In this document: positions 29,401 through 37,610 of the stretch, in pieces
How positions within the stretch are numbered: position 1 is the stretch's first letter
Layout: each line of letters opens with the position of its first letter
DNA from: Chrysochromulina tobinii
Taxonomy: Eukaryota
Reading direction: 5' to 3'
Assembly: GCA_001275005.1 (NCBI GenBank)
Contig: JWZX01002586.1
Span: 1-37,610, forward strand
Length of the DNA: 37,610 nucleotides
Program-made: the position numbers and the translations under genes
Notes under the pieces: model-generated
What the model saw: the letters and a program-made list of their open reading frames with translations, nothing else
Databases searched by the model: none
What the model was told of the DNA's origin: nothing

Positions 29401-32400
29401 AAGGGGGCGACGGACGAGGGCATCGAGATTGGTGGCACAATAGTCGTGGATCCGGAAGATGTACTGACCCCGCGGAAGAAGGTCATGCTCGTCGAGCTGC
29501 ACCAAAGCCCGAAGGCCAAGACCATTCGCTTCCAGACCCTCAACACGGGCTTCTCGACAGCGGTTGTCCTGCTCGTGCGCGCCGTGGGCGAGACTGGCGT
29601 CGCGCTCGAGCCGACGATTGTCAAGATCGACGTGCGCAAGGAGCTCGAGTCCGAGATCCAACTGCACGAGCAGATGCAGAAGCACCTCGGCTTCAACATG
29701 CCACAGCTCCTCGCAGTCACCGACTCGGCTGAGCGCGAGCTCATCGGGTACAAGCAATCGTTCGCGGGCGCCTGCTGGCAGATGCCCGAGCTCGCGTCGG
29801 TTGGCGGCGACCTCGCCGTGCCGCTGGAGCGGCTGATCCGCCAAGAGCTCATCCGCGACGCGGTCGACGGCATCTCTTCCTTTTCGCTGGGCGACGTGAG
29901 CGTATCGAGGGTGCTCGAGACGCTCATGGGCGACATCGTGCTGCAGCTGTGCAAGCGGACGGCCTCACGATGCGATGCACCGCTGCTCGAGCCGATCCTC
30001 GGCCCAAAGACGCGAGACCACGTAGAGACCATGCGCGACATGACGACTGGCTCGGACAGGGCGACGTTCGAGGAGCTCCTGGCATTGCTCGACAACAAGA
30101 GCTCGCGGCTGCCATTTGAGTCGGGGCACGAGCCGATTCGGGCCATGTGCCACGGCGACCTGCACGGCGGCAACGTCATGATCGACTCGCGCGGCAACCC
30201 GTGGCTAATCGACTGCGGCATGTCCAAGCCGGCCGACAAGGGCTACCCGCTGATGGATGCGGCCAAGCTCGAGTGCTGCTTCTTGTTTGCATACGTGCTC
30301 GCTCCACTCACAGTGGACCACATCAAGGGCGCGGAGCCCAACGAGCTCGTCGATTGGCTCAGCCTCGGGCGCAAGGACGTTGCGCATCTCCAAACGATCG
30401 CCGCCGGCTGCGCCACCAAGCAGGAGCTGCTCGATAAGCTCGCGAGCGAGTCGATGCTTGCACAGGTCAAGGTGCGCCTCGAGGAGCCCGACTTGTGCGA
30501 AGAGTGGTTAAAGATGGCTGCCGGCCGGCTCGACGAGCTGATGAATGTCGATGAGCTCACAGCGTGCATGCGGCGAACGGACTACATGAACCCAGCGCGT
30601 CGACGCCCCCCGGGGCTGGCGACGCAAGGCGACAGGCTCTCAAAGTACCGCAAGAGCCTCGACGTCGCGGATGGGTTCGCAGGCAAGATCCGCCGCTACA
30701 TTTCCGCACTCTCCACCTGCCTCAAGGCGGACGACAAGGCGCGTGGCTCCCTCGACAGCCACGTCCTCAACCTTGCGATGCATCTTCTCTTCTATTCGAT
30801 CCGCTTCACGCTGCGCGGCTACCCCACCTCTAGCCCGATGCACAAGCGGCTCGCGCAGCACGTCAGCGCGCGCCTCGCCCGGGTTGTCCTCGACGCAGTC
30901 AGGGCGCAGTCTTCAGAGGCCCGGCCCGCTGTTGCGACCATTGTGCAGCCGGCGTCCTATGTTCAGTACGAGCACGGTCAGGTGCTGCAGGTGTGGGCCA
31001 ATGGGCGGGACGGTACCGCAGTTGTCGAGGACGGAGATGGTGAGCAGCTTGTACGCATGGGAGGGCAAGCGGTCCCCCTCGCGCGGTTCTTGGAGACGCA
31101 GCTGCCCCTGGCTGCTCCAGTGTTAAAGTACAACCTGGGGACGAAGCTCGTCGTCGACGGCACCAGCGTCTTGATCGTGGAGCGCGAGGGCTTGGCCAAC
31201 AGCTATACGTGCGCAGCCTCAAGCGGCGGCTCTGAGCGCCAGAAGGTTCACCTGACGCCATCCAACCACACGCTTGAGCACGCGGACCCGTCGGGGCTCC
31301 TCACGATGCACACGAGGGTGGCGTGGTCGAGCCTCGAGCTCCGGCTCGGCGACGGTGCATTTGCATCTCTTGGTGAGGTCGCAGAGCCGACAGCGAACGC
31401 GGTGGTGCGCGTCAAGCTCGACGACGTGCGGCGCACTGTCGACGCTCGTCAAGAGCACAAGGGCCGCGACGAGCCTAGAATGGGTGAAGGGCTCGGGGGT
31501 GGAGACGGGGGCGGAGGCGAGGGTGGCGGCGGCACAGGCGGTGGGCTCGGAGGTGGAGGCGACGGTGGCGGGCTCGGCGGCGGCCACGGCGAGGACGGAG
31601 GAGGCGGCGCGTTCGTCGCCGCCAACGACCCCGACTCCCGAGCTCAAGTCCATTCCGGCGCGTGGCTCACGGGCTGGGTGATGAATCACGACGGTGCCCA
31701 AGCGCGGACATGCACCGTCGCCGTGCCCATCTATGCCGACGGCCAGCTGGTGCTCCTCGACGGCGAGGTGGGGACGCTGCAGAGCGACGCCACGGGCCTC
31801 AATCTGTGCCGCTGGGATCTCGACACGAAGCGGGTCGAGCCCCGCCAAGTTTTGGCCATCGGCGGAGGGACGCCTCTGCCGACCTTGGTACGCCCGATGG
31901 CCCTGCTCACGTACAAGGCGGGGCAGTGGATTCGGCTGAAGGATGGTGCCTCATGCAGGCCGCCCGATAAGGACCTCGAACACGCGTGGCGGCTCGCGCA
32001 GCTGCAGCCCCACGACCAGCCCGACGCCCGCGGCTGCAGTGTGGTCGTCGTCCGCGACCAGGGCTCCGTCTGCCTGCTGGCCGCCAACCACTCCCCGTGC
32101 GTCGACCACAACATGGACCACGCCATCGACTTTTGCTCATACCAGGCGCTGGTGCGCACCGCGCTCGGCACGATTATCGACGTGCTCAGCGCGCAGCGGC
32201 TCGATCTGATGCTCCAGTGCGTCAACCTCAAGGTCAAGGGCAACAACGCCGACGCGTTCACGACCATCATGGAGGAGGTCAAGGTGCATGCGCCCAAGGG
32301 CCAGCCACCTGCCATTCTCATCCGCGCCGAGGCGGCGGGCGGGAAGACGACGTTTTCCAAGCGCTTCGTGCTCCTGTGCACGATCGAGCAGTGGGGTCGT

Positions 32401-35400
32401 CACGTGGCCGCGCCCACGCCCGACCCCGTCTTCTACGTGCCCGTGCTCGTCTTTGTCGTCGACCTTGTCAAGGTGCTCAAGAAGCAGCGCGGCGCCGACG
32501 GCGGCAACCTGCTGCTCATCCACCTTCAGTCGCACCTGGGCGCCCACACACGCCACTGTAAGCACACCCGCCCGAGACGGCCACAGCCCTCGCCAGCCGT
32601 CGCACGCGCTGGCGCCTTGCGCGCGCCTGTCGGCCCCCCTGACCATCGCGTGCGCGTGTGCCCTTCTCTCGCGCAGACGCCTTTGTGCTGCAGGCGTGGC
32701 TCGACGGCCGGCTGATTGTCATCCTCGACGGCTGGGACGAGTGCGATCGCTTGTGCAAGGACGAGATGCAGCGGTACATTACGACGATGCTCCTCGGCCG
32801 CGTCTCGCTCGTCATCACGTCGCGCCCCGCCGCCGTCGACGGCGACGCCTTCTTTGGCGAGGCCTTTCAGCGTTTCGAGCTCGCGGGGCTCGACGGGCCG
32901 ATGCAGGACCACGTGGCCAAGTACCGGCTGCCGGTGACCAAGCTGCCCGCGTACAAGCGGACGCTGCATCAGAGCGTCGGCCTCACCGAGCTCTGCCGCA
33001 ACCCGCTGCTCCTGTCGATGCTGCTGACGGTCATCGACACGCGCGAGGACAACGCGTCGCAGCGGGAGCTCAACCGCTTCGCCCTCTACAACACTATCGT
33101 GACGGCGCTCGTCGAGCGCCTCGAGAAAAAGGCCCTGGGCGCCCACGACGGCGCCCACGATGACGTTGCCGCGGCCGAGGGCTCACTGATGGAGTTTACC
33201 TGCCACCTCGCGCACGCGACGCACAGCCTGAGCACGGGCAGCAAGAAGGTGAACGACGAGGTGCGCGGGCGCGTGCGGCTCGCGGGCGCCGCGAAGACGT
33301 GGGAGGGCGTCCACATGAGCATCCTGCAAGGCAGGTTCCCCATCCTGCAGTTGCAAGAGCAGGAGGCCATGTTTGCGCACCTCTCGCTGCAGGAGAGCCT
33401 CACGTTCATGGCCGCGGCGCGCTACCCGGAGGCCTGCCCCGTGCGCCTGGACGACGTGCTCAAGGAGCATCGCTGGTGGCTTGAGGTGGTGCGATTCGCG
33501 GCCGAGTGCGCCGCCGAAGAGCCCGAGTACACGCGCGCGTTTGCCGACAACCTGCTGCGCGGCCAGGCCGAGCACCGCATCAACGTGGCGGATGCGAGCA
33601 TGTACCAGATCTTTGCGCCGCTCGGCACGGTCCTCCAGATGGCGAGCGGCGCGCCGCGCCTGCGCCTCACAATCAGCCACAAGCTCGGCAAGGTCGACGC
33701 GTCGGCGTTTGCCGCGTTGCTGCCCTCGCTCGCGCGAATGCTGTCGGCGCTCGAGCTGCTCGGTCAGGCCTTTGACGACGACGACTGGGGCGTCATCGCT
33801 GGGCACGTGCGAGGGATGGAGGCGCTCGAGACCCTCAGCCTGAATGGGAGCGTCGTCAGCCCCGAGGTGCGCGCCGACCTGGTGCAGAGCGTGCCCACGC
33901 TCGCGGCGCATCTGCGCCACCTCGACCTCGGCGGCCTTGAGGTGGGCGCGGACGAGGCGCTCGCGCTCGTCTCGACATGCCGCGCGCTGCAGACGCTCAG
34001 GCTCGGCGAGTGGGCGGTGCCCGTGGGCGAGCTGCGATCGGGGGGAGAGGCGGTGTCGACGGGCGGCCAGGCGGTGGGCGAGGCCGAGGGCGCCGTCGTG
34101 GGCGCGCTCCTCAGGGCGAGCACCAGCCTGACGACGCTCGATCTGAGCCGCTCGTGGTGCGCGGCCGAGGCGGCGCGGCTCATCGGCGAGGGCCTGCGCG
34201 AGAGTGCGGCGCCGCTGGCCGAGCTGCGGCTCGCCAACGTGTGGTACACGACGGACGGTCGGATGCCGGCTGCGGCGGTCTGGGAGCGGCAGGCGGCCCT
34301 GGTGAGCGGCGCGTGCCGTCTGTCGCTGCGCGAGGTCGAGTGCTCGGCGCAGGCGATCGAAGCGACGGAGACCGCCGCGCTGCAGCGGGGCTTGCTGCTC
34401 TTTGCGCCGGAGCTCAAGGTCGCGAGCGCCACGCTCGGCGACGGCGGGCGGAGCGTGCGCCTTGCGGACGCCAACGGGCGGGCGCTGCTCGGCGCGGTCT
34501 CGCCGATGGTCGAGCTCGTGGTGCAGCAGTGCACCGATCCTGCTGGCTGCCGCATCGGCGCGACGCTGCCGGGCAAGGGCGCCCTGTTCAGCTCTCTGGG
34601 CACAGACGCCGAGAGCTGGGGCTACTTGGCGGACGGTAAAATCAGGCGCAATGGCTCCGATGTCCAGAGCGGCCTGCCCACCTACAAGGCGGGCGATCGG
34701 ATCCGCATGACGCTCGCCGGCGGCGTGCTCGCGTGGCACATCAACGGCCAGAGGGCCGCCGAGGTGCGCGGCGTGCCGACCGGCGTGCACCTTGGCGTCG
34801 GCCGGTTTAATGGGACGGTCGAGGTGCGCATCGAGCGTGCCGCGGTGGCCGGCGCGGCGGGGTGCTCCGTGATGCTGCGGCCGCTGTGCGGGCTGATGGG
34901 TCGCGAGGGCAACGCGCTGCGCACGGTGCGGCTGGGTGGCAACGGCGCGTGGGCCGAGGGCGACGGCGCGACGCTCGCGGCGGCGCTGGGCGCGGCGTCG
35001 TGCGTGGTGGCGGAGCTCGACGTGAGCCGGTGCGGCCTGGGCGCGGACGAGGCGCTCGCGCTCTTCGCGGCGGGCCGCGCGCTGCAGACGCTCAGGCTCG
35101 GCGAGTGGGCGGTGCCCGTGGGCGAGCTGCGGTCGGGGGGAGAGGCGGTGTCGACGGGCGGCTTGGCGGTGGGCGAGGCCGAGGGCGCCGTCGTGGGCGC
35201 GCTCCTCAAGGCGAGCACCAGCCTGACGACGCTCGATCTGAGCGGCTCGTCGTGCGCGGCGGCGGCGCTGGCGCGGCTCAGCGAGGGCCTGAAGGCGAGT
35301 GCGGCGCCGCTGGCCGAGCTGCGGCTGGGCGGGCTGATCCACGGCGAGGGCGCAGCGAGCGTGGCGGCGCGGCTGGCGGCGCTGGTGCGCGGCGCTTGCC

Positions 35401-37610
35401 GGCCGTCACTGCGGCTCATCGACTGCACGAAGCAGGCGGGCGGCAAGGCGGGCGTGTGCGCGCTGTTTGCGGCTGAGGGCGAGGGCGTGGTGGCCTCGCT
35501 CGCGGCGCTCATGTCGACGGCAGGCAACGCTCTCACGACGGTGCAGCTGGGCGGCAACGGCGCGTGGGCCGAGGGCGACGGCGCGACGCTCGCTGCGGCG
35601 CTGGGCGCGGCGTCGTGCGTGGTGGCGGAGCTCGACGTGGGCGGGTGCGGCCTGAGCGCGGACGAGGCGCTCGCGCTTGTCGCGGCGGGCCGCGCGCTGC
35701 AGACGCTCAGGCTCGGCGAGTGGGCGGTGCCCGTGGGCGAGCTGCGGTCGGGGGGAGAGGCGGTGTCGACGGGCGGCTTGGCGGTGGGCGAGGCCGAGGG
35801 CGCCGTCGTGGGCGCGCTCCTCAGGGCGAGCACCAGCCTGACGACGCTCGATCTGAGCGGCTCGTCGTGCGCGGCGGCGGCGCTGGCGCGGCTCAGCGAG
35901 GGCCTGAAGGCGAGAGTGCGGCGCCGCTGGCCGAGCTGCGGCTGGGCGGGCTGATCCACGGCGAGGGCGCAGCGAGCGTGGCGGCGCGGCTGGCGGCGCT
36001 GGTGCGCGGCGCTTGCCGGCCGTCACTGCGGCTCATCGACTGCACCAAGCAGGCGGGTGGCAAGGCGGGTGTTTGCGCGCTGTTTGCGGCTGAGGGCGAG
36101 GGCGTGGTGTCCTCGCTCGCGACGCTCATGTCGACGGCAGGCAACGCTCTCACGACGGTGCAGCTGGGCGGCAACGGCGCGTGGGCCGAGGGCGACGGCC
36201 GCCGCGCGTTTGCATCAGCGCTGGGCGCGGCGTCGTGCGTGGTGGCGGAGCTCGACGTGAGCGGGAGCGGCCTGGGCGCGGACGAGGCGCTCGCGCTCGT
36301 GGCGGCGGGCCGCGCGCTGCAGACGCTCAGGCTCGGCGAGTGGGCGGTACCCGTGGGCGAGCTGCGATCGGGGGGAGAGGCGGTGTCGACGTGCGGCCAG
36401 GCGGTGGGCGAGGCCGAGGGCGCCGTCGTGGGCGCGCTCCTCAGGGCGAGCACCAGCCTGACGACGCTCGATCTGAGCGGCTCGAGATGCGTTCCGGCGA
36501 CGCTGGCGCGGCTCAGCGAGGGCCTGAAGGCGAGCGCGGTGCCGCTGGCCGAGCTGCGGCTGGGCGGGCTGAGGCCCGGGTCAGATGGGAGCGTCTGTGG
36601 CGCCGAGGTGCGCGCCGACCTGGTGCAGAGCGTGCTCACGCTCGCGGCGAACCTACGCCACCTCGACCTCGGCGGCCTCGAGGTGAGCGCGGACGAGGCG
36701 CTCGCGCTCGTCTCGACGTGCCGCGCGCTGCAGACGCTCAGGCTCGGCGAGTGGGCGGTGCCCGTGGGCGAGCTGCGATCGGGGGGAGAGGCGCTGTCGT
36801 TGATCGGCCAGGCGGTGGGCGAGGCCGATGGTGCCGTCGTGGGCGCGCTCCTCAGGGCGAGCACCAGCCTGACGACGCTCGATCTGAGCGGCTCGTCGTG
36901 CGCGGCCGAGGCGGCGCGGCTCATCGGCGAGGGCCTGCGCGAGAGCGCGGCGCCGCTGGCCGAGCTGCGGCTCGCCAACGTTTGGTACACGACGGACGGT
37001 CGGATGCCGGCTGCGGCGGTCTGGGAGCAGCAGGCGGCCCTGGTGAGCGGCGCGTGTCGTCAGTCGCTGCGCGCGGTCGAGTGCTCTGCGCAGGCGATCG
37101 GCGCGACGGAGACCGCCGCGCTGCAGCGGTGCTTGATGCTCTTTGCGCCGGAGCTCAAGGTCGCGAGCGCCACGCTCGGCGACGGCGGGCGGAGCGTGAG
37201 GCTCGCGGACGACTACGGGCGGGCGCTTCTCGGCGCGGTCTCGCCGATGGTCGAGCTCGTGGTGCAGCAGTGCTCCAATCCTGGTGGCTGCATCATCGGC
37301 GCGGCGCCGCCGGGCAAGGCCGCCCTGTCCAGCTCTCTGGGTGCAGACGCCGAGAGCTGGGGCTACTTTGGGGACGGCAGGATCTTTAACAAGGGCTCCG
37401 CTGTCCAGAGCGGCCTGCCCACCTACAAGGCGGGCGATCGGATCCGCATGACGCTCGCCGGCGGCGTGCTCGCGTGGCACATCAACGGCCAGAGGGCCGC
37501 CGAGGTGCGCGGCGTGCCGAGCGGCGTGCACCTTGGCGTCGGCCGGTGGCTTGGAACGGTCGAGGTGCGCATCGAGCGTGCCGTGGTGGCCGGCGCGGCG
37601 GGGTGCTCCG
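26417..37610 (+). CDS. Giant multidomain NLR-like protein, 3'-truncated by the window: coiled coil, 5'(3')-deoxyribonucleotidase (HAD), LamG/ConA-like, degenerate Nudix, APH/PKL kinase-like, SH3-like repeats, NACHT, LRR with embedded SPRY domains; introns 27340-27472, 28639-28729, 32558-32676; 2-nt frameshift at about 35913
   Basis: ILIDMDNTICDF/LCTSP/DKT..LIDD (NT5C-type HAD); WTLMAWIRP...WSHVAIVYDG (LamG); CHGDLHGGNVMID...WLIDCG (kinase-like); AEAAGGKTT, ILDGWDE, ITSRP, NPLLL, FAHLSLQE (NACHT); LTTLDLS/LQTLRLG (LRR); LGTDAESWGY...GDRI...WHING (SPRY). Three GT-AG introns fuse four ORFs in frame (EWKQ-VIF, VLVM-THTE, RH-YAFVLQAW). Confidence 0.8.
33845..37610 (+). repeat. Hierarchical coding repeats: 615-bp LRR units (about 34908, 35523, 36140) within an approximately 2.74-kb LRR+SPRY super-repeat (33864 vs 36605)
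   Basis: Near-identical nucleotide blocks recur at offsets of 615, 617 and 2741 bp; the extra 2 nt matches the AG insertion at about 35913. Confidence 0.85.

Noticed and set aside
33183..37531. Long minus-strand and alternative-frame ORFs over the LRR region
   Set aside because: GC-rich antisense or off-frame shadows of the LRR/SPRY repeats.

Overview
GC-rich eukaryotic nuclear DNA with GT-AG spliceosomal introns. A haptophyte alga is my best guess from gene style and repeats; this is inference, not shown. Nine genes can be supported: a class I SAM methyltransferase (-), a PGPGxY/SHIPPO-repeat ciliary protein (+), an LRR-EGF-exostosin/GT47 glycosyltransferase (-), a BET bromodomain protein (-) divergent from a tubby-domain gene (+), a CLC-family channel (-), DNA topoisomerase III beta (-), and two very large NACHT (NLR-like) genes placed head-to-head. 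Two things stand out. (1) All seven TOP3B introns look recently built. They combine duplicated flanking exon sequence with shared splice-signal cassettes (one 38-nt acceptor cassette occurs four times), 10-bp CTGAT-like satellites, and tandem GT...AG units that could be spliced recursively. (2) The divergent NLR-like pair couples a HET-like/RRM-NACHT-ankyrin gene (24 near-identical repeats with hypervariable surface positions) to a gene encoding 5'-deoxyribonucleotidase, LamG, pseudo-Nudix, kinase-like, NACHT and LRR/SPRY domains that runs off the window. Three frameshifts all lie inside near-identical internal repeats and may be assembly errors. Exon boundaries were derived by hand from GT-AG and frame consistency; no searches were run.
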